Below are positions 26,481 through 41,400 of a stretch of DNA of 64,000 nt, in pieces. A program made the position numbers and the translations under genes. The DNA is from the human T2T-CHM13v2.0 reference genome, Homo sapiens. Position 1 is the first letter of the stretch. Each line of letters begins with the position of its first letter. Under the pieces are notes generated by a model. That model had not been told where the DNA came from, did not search any database, and was given only the letters and a program-made list of their open reading frames with translations. The stretch lies in the NCBI RefSeq assembly GCF_009914755.1, contig NC_060933.1. One strand, written 5' to 3'.

Positions 26481-29400
26481 CATTCTCAGAAACTTGTTTG
26501 TGATGTGTGTATTCAACTAACAGAGATGAACCTTTCTTTTTACAGAGCAGTTTTGAAACACTCTTTTTGTGGAATCTGAAAGTGGATATTTGGATAGCTT
26601 TGAGGATTTCGTTGGAAACGGGATTACATATAAAATCTAGAGAGAAGCATTCTCAGGAACTTCTTTGTGATGTTTGCATTCAAGTCACAGAACTGAACAT
26701 TCCCTTTCATAGAGCATGTTTGAAACACTCTTTCTGTAGTATCTGCAAGCGGACGTTTCAAGCGCTTTCAGGCCTATGGTGAGAAAGGAAATATCTTCAA
26801 GTAAAAACTAGACAGAAGCATTCTCAGATACTTATTTCCCATGTGTGTTCTCAACTAACAGAGTTGAACCTTTGTTTTGATACGGCATTTTGGAAACACT
26901 CTTTTTGTAGAATCTGCAGGTGGATATTCGGATAGCTTTGAAGGTTTCGTTGGAAACGGGAATATCTTCACAGAAAATCTAGACGGAAGCATTCTCAGAA
27001 ACTGCTTTGTGATGTTTTCATTCAAGTCACAGAGTAGAATGTTCCCTTTTATATACCAGGTTTGAGACACTCTTTCTGCACTATCTGGAAGTGGACATTT
27101 GGAGCGCTTTGAGGCCTATGATGAAAAAGGAAATATCTTCGCATAAAAACTAGACAGAAGCATTCTCAGAAACTTGTTTGTGATGTGTGTATTCAACTAG
27201 CAGAGATGAACCTTTCTTTTTACAGAGCAGTTTTGAAACACTCTTTTTGTGGAATCTGAAAGTGCATATTTGGATAGCTTTGAGGATTTCGTTGGAAACG
27301 GGATTACATATAAAATCTAGAGAGAAGCATTCTCAGGAACTTCTTTGTGATGTTTGCATTCACGTCACAGAACTGAACATTCCCTTTCATAGAGCATGTT
27401 TGAAACACTCTTTCTGTAGTATCTGCAAACGGACATTTCAAGCGCTTTCAGGCCTATGGTAAGAAAGGAAATATCTTCAAATAAAAACTAGACAGAAGCA
27501 TTCTCAGAAACTTATTTGCGATGTGTGTCCTCAACTAACAGAGTTGAACCTTTGTTTTGATACAGCATTTTGGAAACACTCTTTTTGTAGTATCTGCAAG
27601 TGGATATTTGGATACCTTTGAAGGTTTCGTTGGAAACGGGAATATCTTCATATAAAACCAAGACAGAAGCATTCTCAGAAACTTCTCTGTGATGTTTGCA
27701 TTCAACTCATAGAGTTGAACACTTCCCTTCATAGAGCAGGTTTGAAACACTCTTTTTGTAATATTTGGAAGTGGACATTTGCAGCGCTTTGAGGCCTATG
27801 TTGAAAAAGGAAATATCTTCTCCTAAAAACCAGACAGAAGCATTCTCAGAAACTTCCTTGTGATGTGTGTACTCAAGTAACAGAGTTGAACCTTACTTTT
27901 GACAGAGCCGTTTTGAAACAGTCTTTTTGTAGAATCTGGAAGTAGATATTTGGATACATTTGAGGATTTCTTTGGAAACGGGATATCTTCATATAAAATC
28001 TAGACAGAAGCATTCTCAGAAACTTCTTTGTGCTGTATGTCCTCAATTAACAGAGTTGAACCTTTGTGTGGATACAGCATTTTGGAAACATTCCTTTAGT
28101 AGAATCTGCAAGTTGATATTTAGATAGCTAGGAAGATTTCCTTGGAAACGGGAATATCTTCATATAAAATCTAGACGGAAGCATTCTCAGAAAGTGCTTT
28201 GTGATGTTTGCATTCAAGTCACAGAGTTGAATATTCCCTTTTATAGAGCAGGTTTGAAACACTCTTTCTGCACTACCTGGAAGTGGACATTTGGAGCGCT
28301 TTGAGGCCTATGTTGAAAAAGGAAATATCTTCCCATAAAAACTAGACAGAAGCATTCTCAGAAACTTGTTTGTGATGTGTGTATTCAACTAACAGAGATG
28401 AACCTTTCTTTTTACAGAGCAGTTTTGAAACACTCTTTTTGTGGAATCTGAAAGTGGATATTTGGATAGCTTTGAGGATTTCGTTGGAAACGGGATTACA
28501 TATAAAATCTAGAGAGAAGCATTCTCAGGAACTTCTTTGTGATGTTTGCATTCAAGTCACAGAACTGAACATTCCCTTTCATAGAGCATGTTTGAAACAC
28601 TCTTTCTGTAGTATCTGCAAGCGGACGTTTCAAGCGCTTTCAGGCCTATGGTGAGAAAGGAAATACCTTCAAGTAAAAACTAGACAGAAGCATTCTCAGA
28701 AACTTATTTGCCATGTGTGTTCTCAACTAACAGAGTTGAAGCTTTGTTTTGATACGGCATTTTGGAAACACTCTTTTTGTAGAATCTGCAGGTGGATATT
28801 CGGATAGCTTTGAAGGTGTCGTTGGAAACGGGAATATCTTCATATAAAATCTAGACGGAAGCATTCTCAGAAACTGCTTTGTGATGTTTTCATTCAAGTC
28901 ACAGAGTAGAATGTTCCCTTTTATATACCAGGTTTGAGACACTCTTTCTGCACTATCTGGAAGTGGACATTTGGAGCGCTTTGAGGCCTATGATGAAAAA
29001 GGAAATATCTTCCCATAAAAACTAGACAGAAGCATTCTCAGAAACTTGTTTGTGATGTGTGTATTCAACTAACAGAGATGAACCTTTCTTTTTACAGAGC
29101 AGTTTTGAAACACTCTTTTTGTGGAATCTGAAAGTGGATATTTGGATAGCTTTGAGGATTTCGTTGGAAACGGGATTACATATAAAATCTAGAGAGAAGC
29201 ATTCTCAGGAACTTCTTTGTGATGTTTGCATTCACGTCACAGAACTGAACATTCCCTTTCATAGAGCATGTTTGAAACACTCTTTCTGTAGTATCTGCAA
29301 ACGGACATTTCAAGCGCTTTCAGGCCTATGGTAAGAAAGGAAATATCTTCAAATAAAAACTAGACAGAAGCATTCTCAGAAACTTATTTGCGATGTGTGT

Positions 29401-32400
29401 CCTCAACTAACAGAGTTGAACCTTTGTTTTGATACAACATTTTGGAAACACTCTTTTTGTAGAATCTGCAAGTGGATATTTGGATACCTTTGAAGGTTTC
29501 GTTGGAAACGGGAATATCTTCATATAAAATCAAGACAGAAGCATTCTCAGAAACTTCTCTGTGATGTTTGCATTCAACTCATAGAGTTGAACACTTCCCT
29601 TCATAGAGCAGGTTTGAAACACTCTTTTTGTAATATTTGGAAGTGGACATTTGCAGCGCTTTGAGGCCTATGTTGAAAAAGGAAATATCTTCTCCTAAAA
29701 ACCAGACAGAAGCATTCTCAGAAACTTCCTTGTGATGTGTGTACTCAAGTAACAGAGTTGAACCTTACTTTTGACAGAGCCGTTTTGAAACAGTCTTTTT
29801 GTAGAATCTGGAAGTAGATATTTGGACACCTTTGAGGATTTCTTTGGAAACGGGATGTCTTCATATAAAATCTAGACAGAAGCATTCTCAGAAACTTCTT
29901 TGTGCTGTATGTCCTCAATTAACAGAGTTGAACCTTTGTGTGGAGACAGCATTTTGGAAACATTCCTTTAGTAGAATCTGCAAGTTGATATTTAGATAGC
30001 TAGGAAGATTTCCTTGGAAACGGGAATATCTTCATATAAAATCTAGACGGAAGCATTCTCAGAAAGTGCTTTGTGATGTTTGCATTCAAGTCACAGAGTT
30101 GAATATTCCCTTTTATAGAGCAGGTTTGAAACACTCTTTCTGCACTACCTGGAAGTGGACATTTGGAGCGCTTTGAGGCCTATGTTGAAAAAGGGAATAT
30201 CTTCCCATAAAAACTAGACAGAAGCATTCTCAGAAACTTGTTTGTGATGTGTGTATTCAACTAACAGAGATGAACCTTTCTTTTTACAGAGCAGTTTTGA
30301 AACACTCTTTTTGTGGAATCTGAAAGTGGATATTTGGATAGCTTTGAGGATTTCGTTGGAAACGGGATTACATATAAAATCTAGAGAGAAGCATTCTCAG
30401 GAACTTCTTTGTGATGTTTGCATTCAAGTCACAGAACTGAACATTCCCTTTCTTAGAGCATGTTTGAAACACTCTTTCTGTAGTATCTGCAAGCGGACGT
30501 TTCAAGCGCTTTCAGGCCTATGGTGAGAAAGGAAATATCTTCAAGTAAAAACTAGACAGAAGCATTCTCAGAAACTTATTTGCCATGTGTGTTCTCAACT
30601 AACAGAGTTGAACCTTTGTTTGGATACGGCATTTTGGAAACACTCTTTTTGTAGAATCTGCAGGTGGATATTCGGATAGCTTTGAAGGTTTCGTTGGAAA
30701 CGGGAATATCTTCATAGAAAATCTAGACGGAAGCATTCTCAGAAACTGCTTTGTGATGTTTTCATTCAAGTCACAGAGTAGAATGTTCCCTTTTATATAC
30801 CAGGTTTGAGACACTCTTTCTGCACTATCTGGAAGTGGACATTTGGAGCGCTTTGAGGCCTATGATGAAAAAGGAAATATCTTCCCATAAAAACTAGACA
30901 GAAGCATTCTCAGAAACTTGGTTGTGATGTGTGTATTCAACTAACAGAGATGAACCTTTCTTTTTACAGAGCAGTTTTGAAACACTCTTTTTGTGGAATC
31001 TGAAAGTGCATATTTGGATAGCTTTGAGGATTTCGTTGGAAACGGGATTACATATAAAATCTAGAGAGAAGCATTCTCAGGAACTTCTTTGTGATGTTTG
31101 CATTCACGTCACAGAACTGAACATTCCCTTTCATAGAGCATGTTTGAAACACTCCTTCTGTAGTATCTGCAAACGGACATTTCAAGCGCTTTCAGGCCTA
31201 TGGTAAGAAAGGAAATATATTCAAATAAAAACTAGACAGAAGCATTCTCAGAAACTTATTTGCGATGTGTGTCCTCAACTAACAGAGTTGAACCTTTGTT
31301 TTGATACAACATTTTGGAAACACTCTTTTTGTAGAATCTGCAAGTGGATATTTGGATAGCTTTGAAGGTTTCGTTGGAAACGGGAATATCTTCATATAAA
31401 ATCAAGACAGAAGCATTCTCAGAAACTTCTCTGTGATGTTTGCATTCAACTCATAGAGGTGAACACTTCCCTTCATAGAGCAGGTTTGAAACACTCTTTT
31501 TGTAATATTTGGAAGTGGACATTTGCAGCGCTTTGAGGCCTATGTTGAAAAAGGAAATATCTTCTCCTAAAAACCAGACAGAAGCATTCTCAGAAACTTC
31601 CTTGTGATGTGTGTACTCAAGTAACAGAGTTGAACCTTACTTTTGACAGAGTCGTTTTGAAACAGTCTTTTTGTAGAATCTGGAAGTAGATATTTGGACA
31701 CCTTTGAGGATTTCTTTGGAAACGGGATATCTTCATATAAAATCTAGACAGAAGCATTCTCAGAAACTTCTTTGTGCTGTATGTCCTCAATTAACAGAGT
31801 TGAACCTTTGTGTGGATACAGCATTTTGGAAACACTCCTTTAGTAGGATATGCAAGTTGATATTTAGATAGCTAGGAAGATTTCCTTGGAAACGGGAATA
31901 TCTTCATATAAAATCTAGACGGAAGCATTCTCAGAAAGTGCTTTGTGATGTTTGCATTCAAGTCACAGAGTTGAATATTCCCTTTTATAGAGCAGGTTTG
32001 AAACACTCTTTCTGCACTACCTGGAAGTGGACATTTGGAGCGCTTTGAGGCCTATGTTGAAAAAGGAAATATCTTCCCATAAAAACTAGACAGAAGCATT
32101 CTCAGAAACTTGTTTGTGATGTGTGTATTCAACTAACAGAGATGAACCTTTCTTTTTACAGAGCAGTTTTGAAACACTCTTTTTGTGGAATCTGAAAGTG
32201 GATATTTGGATAGCTTCGAGGATTTCGTTGGAAACGGGATTACATATAAAATCTAGAGAGAAGCATTCTCAGGAACTTCTTTGTGATGTTTGCATTCAAG
32301 TCACAGAACTGAACATTCCCTTTCATAGAGCATGTTTGAAACACTCTTTCTGTAGTATCTGCAAGCGGACGTTTCAAGCGCTTTCAGGCCTATGGTGAGA

Positions 32401-35400
32401 AAGGAAATATCTTCAAGTAAAAACTAGACAGAAGCATTCTCAGAAACTTATTTGCCATGTGTGTTCTCAACTAACAGAGTTGAACCTTTGTATTGATACG
32501 GCATTTTGGAAACACTCTTTTTGTAGAATCTGCAGGTGGATATTCGGATAGCTTTGAAGGTTTCGTTGGAAACGGGAATATCTTCATATAAAATCTAGAC
32601 GGAAGCATTCTCAGAAACTGCTTTGTGATGTTTTCATTCAAGTCACAGAGTAGAATGTTCCCTTTTATATACCAGGTTTGAGACACTCTTTCTGCACTAT
32701 CTGGAAGTGGACATTTGGAGCGCTTTGAGGCCTATGATGAAAAAGGAAATATCTTCCCATAAAAACTAGACAGAAGCATTCTCAGAAACTTGGTTGTGAT
32801 GTGTGTATTCAACTAACAGAGATGAACCTTTCTTTTTACAGAGCAGTTTTGAAACACTCTTTTTGTAGAATCTGAAAGTGCATATTTGGATAGCTTTGAG
32901 GATTTCGTTGGAAACGGGATTACATATAAAATCTAGAGAGAAGCATTCTCAGGAACTTCTTTGTGATGTTTGCATTCACGTCACAGAACTGAACATTCCC
33001 TTTCATAGAGCATGTTTGAAACACTCTTTCTGTAGTATCTGCAAACGGACATTTCAAGCGCTTTCAGGCCTATGGTAAGAAAGGAAATATCTTCAAATAA
33101 AAACTAGACAGAAGCATTCTCAGAAACTTATTTGCGATGTGTGTCCTCAACTAACAGAGTTGAACCTTTGTTTTGATACAACATTTTGGAAACACTCTTT
33201 TAGTAGAATCTGCAAGTGAATATTTGGATAGCTTTGAAGGTTTCGTTGGAAACGGGAATATCTTCATATAAAATCAAGACAGAAGCATTCTCAGAAACTT
33301 CTCTGTGATGTTTGCATTCAACTCATAGAGGTGAACACTTCCCTTCATAGAGCAGGTTTGAAACACTCTTTTTGTAATATTTGGAAGTGGACATTTGCAG
33401 CGCTTTGAGGCCTATGTTGAAAAAGGAAATATCTTCTCCTAAAAACCAGACAGAAGCATTCTCAGAAACTTCCTTGTGATGTGTGTACTCAAGTAACAGA
33501 GTTGAACCTTACTTTTGACAGAGCCGTTTTGAAACAGTCTTTTTGTAGAATCTGGAAGTAGATATTTGGACACCTTTGAGGATTTCTTTGGAAACGGGAT
33601 ATCTTCATATAAAATCTAGACAGAAGCATTCTCAGAAACTTCTTTGTGCTGTATGTCCTCAATTAACAGAGTTGTACCTTTGTGTGGATACAGCATTTTG
33701 GAAACACTCCTTTAGTAGGATATGCAAGTTGATATTTAGATAGCTAGGAAGATTTCCTTGGAAACGGGAATATCTTCATATAAAATCTAGACGGAAGCAT
33801 TCTCAGAAAGTGCTTTGTGATGTTTGCATTCAAGTCACAGAGTTGAATATTCCCTTTTATAGAGCAGGTTTGAAACACTCTTTCTGCACTACCTGGAAGT
33901 GGACATTTGGAGCGCTTTGAGGCCTATGTTGAAAAAGGAAATATCTTCCCATAAAAACTAGACAGAAGCATTCTCAGAAACTTGTTTGTGATGTGTGTAT
34001 TCAACTAACAGAGATGAACCTTTCTTTTTACAGAGCAGTTTTGAAACACTCTTTTTGTGGAATCTGAAAGTGGATATTTGGATAGCTTCGAGGATTTCGT
34101 TGGAAACGGGATTACATATAAAATCTAGAGAGAAGCATTCTCAGGAACTTCTTTGTGATGTTTGCATTCAAGTCACAGAACTGAACATTCCCTTTCTTAG
34201 AGCATGTTTGAAACACTCTTTCTGTAGTATCTGCAAGCGGACGTTTCAAGCGCTTTCAGGCCTATGGTGAGAAAGGAAATATCTTCAAGTAAAAACTAGA
34301 CAGAAGCATTCTCAGAAACTTATTTGCCATGTGTGTTCTCAACTAACAGAGTTGAACCTTTGTTTGGATACGGCATTTTGGAAACACTCTTTTTGTAGAA
34401 TCTGCAGGTGGATATTCGGATAGCTTTGAAGGTTTCGTTGGAAACGGGAATATCTTCATAGAAAATCTAGACGGAAGCATTCTCAGAAACTGCTTTGTGA
34501 TGTTTTCATTCAAGTCACAGAGTAGAATGTTCCCTTTTATATACCAGGTTTGAGACACTCTTTCTGCACTATCTGGAAGTGGACATTTGGAGCGCTTTGA
34601 GGCCTATGATGAAAAAGGAAATATCTTCCCATAAAAACTAGACAGAAGCATTCTCAGAAACTTGGTTGTGATGTGTGTATTCAACTAACAGAGATGAACC
34701 TTTCTTTTTACAGAGCAGTTTTGAAACACTCTTTTTGTGGAATCTGAAAGTGCATATTTGGATAGCTTTGAGGATTTCGTTGGAAACGGGATTACATATA
34801 AAATCTAGAGAGAAGCATTCTCAGGAACTTCTTTGTGATGTTTGCATTCACGTCACAGAACTGAACATTCCCTTTCATAGAGCATGTTTGAAACACTCCT
34901 TCTGTAGTATCTGCAAACGGACATTTCAAGCGCTTTCAGGCCTATGGTAAGAAAGGAAATATATTCAAATAAAAACTAGACAGAAGCATTCTCAGAAACT
35001 TATTTGCGATGTGTGTCCTCAACTAACAGAGTTGAACCTTTGTTTTGATACAACATTTTGGAAACACTCTTTTTGTAGAATCTGCAAGTGGATATTTGGA
35101 TAGCTTTGAAGGTTTCGTTGGAAACGGGAATATCTTCATATAAAATCAAGACAGAAGCATTCTCAGAAACTTCTCTGTGATGTTTGCATTCAACTCATAG
35201 AGGTGAACACTTCCCTTCATAGAGCAGGTTTGAAACACTCTTTTTGTAATATTTGGAAGTGGACATTTGCAGCGCTTTGAGGCCTATGTTGAAAAAGGAA
35301 ATATCTTCTCCTAAAAACCAGACAGAAGCATTCTCAGAAACTTCCTTGTGATGTGTGTACTCAAGTAACAGAGTTGAACCTTACTTTTGACAGAGTCGTT

Positions 35401-38400
35401 TTGAAACAGTCTTTTTGTAGAATCTGGAAGTAGATATTTGGACACCTTTGAGGATTTCTTTGGAAACGGGATATCTTCATATAAAATCTAGACAGAAGCA
35501 TTCTCAGAAACTTCTTTGTGCTGTATGTCCTCAATTAACAGAGTTGAACCTTTGTGTGGATACAGCATTTTGGAAACACTCCTTTAGTAGGATATGCAAG
35601 TTGATATTTAGATAGCTAGGAAGATTTCCTTGGAAACGGGAATATCTTCATATAAAATCTAGACGGAAGCATTCTCAGAAAGTGCTTTGTGATGTTTGCA
35701 TTCAAGTCACAGAGTTGAATATTCCCTTTTATAGAGCAGGTTTGAAACACTCTTTCTGCACTACCTGGAAGTGGACATTTGGAGCGCTTTGAGGCCTATG
35801 TTGAAAAAGGAAATATCTTCCCATAAAAACTAGACAGAAGCATTCTCAGAAACTTGTTTGTGATGTGTGTATTCAACTAACAGAGATGAACCTTTCTTTT
35901 TACAGAGCAGTTTTGAAACACTCTTTTTGTGGAATCTGAAAGTGGATATTTGGATAGCTTCGAGGATTTCGTTGGAAACGGGATTACATATAAAATCTAG
36001 AGAGAAGCATTCTCAGGAACTTCTTTGTGATGTTTGCATTCAAGTCACAGAACTGAACATTCCCTTTCATAGAGCATGTTTGAAACACTCTTTCTGTAGT
36101 ATCTGCAAGCGGACGTTTCAAGCGCTTTCAGGCCTATGGTGAGAAAGGAAATATCTTCAAGTAAAAACTAGACAGAAGCATTCTCAGAAACTTATTTGCC
36201 ATGTGTGTTCTCAACTAACAGAGTTGAACCTTTGTATTGATACGGCATTTTGGAAACACTCTTTTTGTAGAATCTGCAGGTGGATATTCGGATAGCTTTG
36301 AAGGTTTCGTTGGAAACGGGAATATCTTCATATAAAATCTAGACGGAAGCATTCTCAGAAACTGCTTTGTGATGTTTTCATTCAAGTCACAGAGTAGAAT
36401 GTTCCCTTTTATATACCAGGTTTGAGACACTCTTTCTGCACTATCTGGAAGTGGACATTTGGAGCGCTTTGAGGCCTATGATGAAAAAGGAAATATCTTC
36501 CCATAAAAACTAGACAGAAGCATTCTCAGAAACTTGGTTGTGATGTGTGTATTCAACTAACAGAGATGAACCTTTCTTTTTACAGAGCAGTTTTGAAACA
36601 CTCTTTTTGTAGAATCTGAAAGTGCATATTTGGATAGCTTTGAGGATTTCGTTGGAAACGGGATTACATATAAAATCTAGAGAGAAGCATTCTCAGGAAC
36701 TTCTTTGTGATGTTTGCATTCACGTCACAGAACTGAACATTCCCTTTCATAGAGCATGTTTGAAACACTCTTTCTGTAGTATCTGCAAACGGACATTTCA
36801 AGCGCTTTCAGGCCTATGATAAGAAAGGAAATATCTTCAAATAAAAACTAGACAGAAGCATTCTCAGAAACTTATTTGCGATGTGTGTCCTCAACTAACA
36901 GAGTTGAACCTTTGTTTTGATACAACATTTTGGAAACACTCTTTTAGTAGAATCTGCAAGTGAATATTTGGATAGCTTTGAAGGTTTCGTTGGAAACGGG
37001 AATATCTTCATATAAAATCAAGACAGAAGCATTCTCAGAAACTTCTCTGTGATGTTTGCATTCAACTCATAGAGGTGAACACTTCCCTTCATAGAGCAGG
37101 TTTGAAACACTCTTTTTGTAATATTTGGAAGTGGACATTTGCAGCGCTTTGAGGCCTATGTTGAAAAAGGAAATATCTTCTCCTAAAAACCAGACAGAAG
37201 CATTCTCAGAAACTTCCTTGTGATGTGTGTACTCAAGTAACAGAGTTGAACCTTACTTTTGACAGAGCCGTTTTGAAACAGTCTTTTTGTAGAATCTGGA
37301 AGTAGATATTTGGACACCTTTGAGGATTTCTTTGGAAACGGGATATCTTCATATAAAATCTAGACAGAAGCATTCTCAGAAACTTCTTTGTGCTGTATGT
37401 CCTCAATTAACAGAGTTGTACCTTTGTGTGGATACAGCATTTTGGAAACACTCCTTTAGTAGGATATGCAAGTTGATATTTAGATAGCTAGGAAGATTTC
37501 CTTGGAAACGGGAATATCTTCATATAAAATCTAGACGGAAGCATTCTCAGAAAGTGCTTTGTGATGTTTGCATTCAAGTCACAGAGTTGAATATTCCCTT
37601 TTATAGAGCAGGTTTGAAACACTCTTTCTGCACTACCTGGAAGTGGACATTTGGAGCGCTTTGAGGCCTATGTTGAAAAAGGAAATATCTTCCCATAAAA
37701 ACTAGACAGAAGCATTCTCAGAAACTTGTTTGTGATGTGTGTATTCAACTAACAGAGATGAACCTTTCTTTTTACAGAGCAGTTTTGAAACACTCTTTTT
37801 GTGGAATCTGAAAGTGGATATTTGGATAGCTTCGAGGATTTCGTTGGAAACGGGATTACATATAAAATCTAGAGAGAAGCATTCTCAGGAACTTCTTTGT
37901 GATGTTTGCATTCAAGTCACAGAACTGAACATTCCCTTTCATAGAGCATGTTTGAAACACTCTTTCTGTAGTATCTGCAAGCGGACGTTTCAAGCGCTTT
38001 CAGGCCTAGGGTGAGAAAGGAAATATCTTCAAGTAAAAACTAGACAGAAGCATTCTCAGAAACTTATTTAACATGTGTGTTCTCAACTAACAGAGTTGAA
38101 CCTTTGTTTTGATACGGCATTTTGGAAACACTCTTTTTGTAGAATCTGCTGGTGGATATTCGGATAGCTTTGAAGGTTTCGTTGGAAACGGGAATATCTT
38201 CATAGAAAATCTAGACGGAAGCATTCTCAGAAACTGCTTTGTGATGTTTTCATTCAAGTCACAGAGTAGAATGTTCTCTTTTATATACCAGGTTTGAGAC
38301 ACTCTTTCTGCACTATCTGGAAGTGGACATTTGGAGCGCTTTGAGGCCTATGATGAAAAAGGAAATATCTTCCCATAAAAACTAGACAGAAGCATTCTCA

Positions 38401-41400
38401 GAAACTTGGTTGTGATGTGTGTATTCAACTAACAGAGATGAACCTTTCTTTTTACAGAGCAGTTTTGAAACACTCTTTTTGTGGAATCTGAAAGTGCATA
38501 TTTGGATAGCTTTGAGGATTTCGTTGGAAACGGGATTACATATAAAATCTAGAGAGAAGCATTCTCAGGAACTTCTTTGTGATGTTTGCATTCACGTCAC
38601 AGAACTGAACATTCCCTTTCATAGAGCATGTTTGAAACACTCCTTCTGTAGTATCTGCAAACGGACATTTCAAGCGCTTTCAGGCCTATGGTAAGAAAGG
38701 AAATATCTTCAAATAAAAACTAGACAGAAGCATTCTCAGAAACTTATTTGCGATGTGTGTCCTCAACTAACAGAGTTGAACCTTTGTTTTGATACAACAT
38801 TTTGGAAACACTCTTTTAGTAGAATCTGCAAGTGAATATTTGGATAGCTTTGAAGGTTTCGTTGGAAACGGGAATATCTTCATATAAAATCAAGACAGAA
38901 GCATTCTCAGAAACTTCTCTGTGATGTTTGCATTCAACTCATAGAGGTGAACACTTCCCTTCATAGAGCAGGTTTGAAACACTCTTTTTGTAATATTTGG
39001 AAGTGGACATTTGCAGCGCTTTGAGGCCTATGTTGAAAAAGGAAATATCTTCTCCTAAAAACCAGACAGAAGCATTCTCAGAAACTTCCTTGTGATGTGT
39101 GTACTCAAGTAACAGAGTTGAACCTTACTTTTGACAGAGCCGTTTTGAAACAGTCTTTTTGTAGAATCTGGAAGTAGATATTTGGACACTTTTGAGGATT
39201 TCTTTGGAAACGGGATATCTTCATATAAAATCTAGACAGAAGCATTCTCAGAAACTTCTTTGTGCTGTATGTCCTCAATTAACAGAGTTGTACCTTTGTG
39301 TGGATACAGCATTTTGGAAACACTCCTTTAGTAGGATATGCAAGTTGATATTTAGATAGCTAGGAAGATTTCCTTGGAAACGGGAATATCTTCATATAAA
39401 ATCTAGACGGAAGCATTCTCAGAAAGTGCTTTGTGATGTTTGCATTCAAGTCACAGAGTTGAATATTCCCTTTTATAGAGCAGGTTTGAAACACTCTTTC
39501 TGCACTACCTGGAAGTGGACATTTGGAGCGCTTTGAGGCCTATGTTGAAAAAGGAAATATCTTCCCATAAAAACTAGACAGAAGCATTCTCAGAAACTTG
39601 TTTGTGATGTGTGTATTCAACTAACAGAGATGAACCTTTCTTTTTACAGAGCAGTTTTGAAACACTCTTTTTGTGGAATCTGAAAGTGGATATTTGGATA
39701 GCTTCGAGGATTTCGTTGGAAACGGGATTACATATAAAATCTAGAGAGAAGCATTCTCAGGAACTTCTTTGTGATGTTTGCATTCAAGTCACAGAACTGA
39801 ACATTCCCTTTCATAGAGCATGTTTGAAACACTCTTTCTGTAGTATCTGCAAGCGGACGTTTCAAGCGCTTTCAGGCCTATGGTGAGAAAGGAAATATCT
39901 TCAAGTAAAAACTAGACAGAAGCATTCTCAGAAACTTATTTCCCATGTGTGTTCTCAACTAACAGAGTTGAACCTTTGTTTTGATACGGCATTTTGGAAA
40001 CACTCTTTTTGTAGAATCTGCAGGTGGATATTCGGATAGCTTTGAAGGTTTCGTTGGAAACGGGAATATCTTCATAGAAAATCTAGACGGAAGCATTCTC
40101 AGAAACTGCTTTGTGATGTTTTCATTGAAGTCACAGAGTAGAATGTTCCCTTTTATATACCAGGTTTGAGACACTCTTTCTGCACTATCTGGAAGTGGAC
40201 ATTTGGAGCGCTTTGAGGCCTATGATGAAAAAGGAAATATCTTCCCATAAAAAGTAGACAGAAGCATTCTCAGAAACTTGTTTGTGATGTGTGTATTCAA
40301 CTAACAGAGATGAACCTTTCTTTTTACAGAGCAGTTTTGAAACACTCTTTTTGTGGAATCTGAAAGTGCATATTTGGATAGCTTTGAGGATTTCGTTGGA
40401 AACGGGATTACATATAAAATCTAGAGAGAAGCATTCTCAGGAACTTCTTTGTGATGTTTGCATTCACGTCACAGAATTGAACATTCCCTTTCATAGAGCA
40501 TGTTTGAAACACTCTTTCTGTAGTATCTGCAAACGGACATTTCAAGCGCTTTCAGGCCTATGGTAAGAAAGGAAATTTCTTCAAATAAAAACTAGACAGA
40601 AGCATTCTCAGAAACTTATTTGCGATGTGTGTCCTCAACTAACAGAGTTGAACCTTTGTTTTGATACAACATTTTGGAAACACTCTTTTAGTAGAATCTG
40701 CAAGTGGATATTTGGATAGCTTTGAAGGTTTCGTTGGAAACGGGAATATCTTCATATAAAATCAAGACAGAAGCATTCTCAGAAACTTCTCTGTGATGTT
40801 TGCATTCAACTCATAGAGGTGAACACTTCCCTTCATAGAGCAGGTTTGAAACACTCTTTTTGTAATATTTGGAAGTGGACATTTGCAGCGCTTTGAGGCC
40901 TATGTTGAAAAACGAAATATCTTCTCCTAAAAACCAGACAGAAGCATTCTCAGAAACTTCCTTGTGATGTGTGTACTCAAGTAACAGAGTTGAACCTTAC
41001 TTTTGACAGAGCCGTTTTGAAACAGTCTTTTTGTAGAATCTGGAAGTAGATATTTGGACACCTTTGAGGATTTCTTTGGAAACGGGATATCTTCATATAA
41101 AATCTAGACAGAAGCATTCTCAGAAACTTCTTTGTGCTGTATGTCCTCAATTAACAGAGTTGAACCTTTGTGTGGATACAGCATTTTGGAAACACTCCTT
41201 TAGTAGGATATGCAAGTTGATATTTAGATAGCTAGGAAGATTTCCTTGGAAACGGGAATATCTTCATATAAAATCTAGACGGAAGCATTCTCAGAAAGTG
41301 CTTTGTGATGTTTCCATTCAAGTCACAGAGTTGAATATTCCCTTTTATAGAGCAGGTTTGAAACACTCTTTCTGCACTACCTGGAAGTGGACATTTGGAG

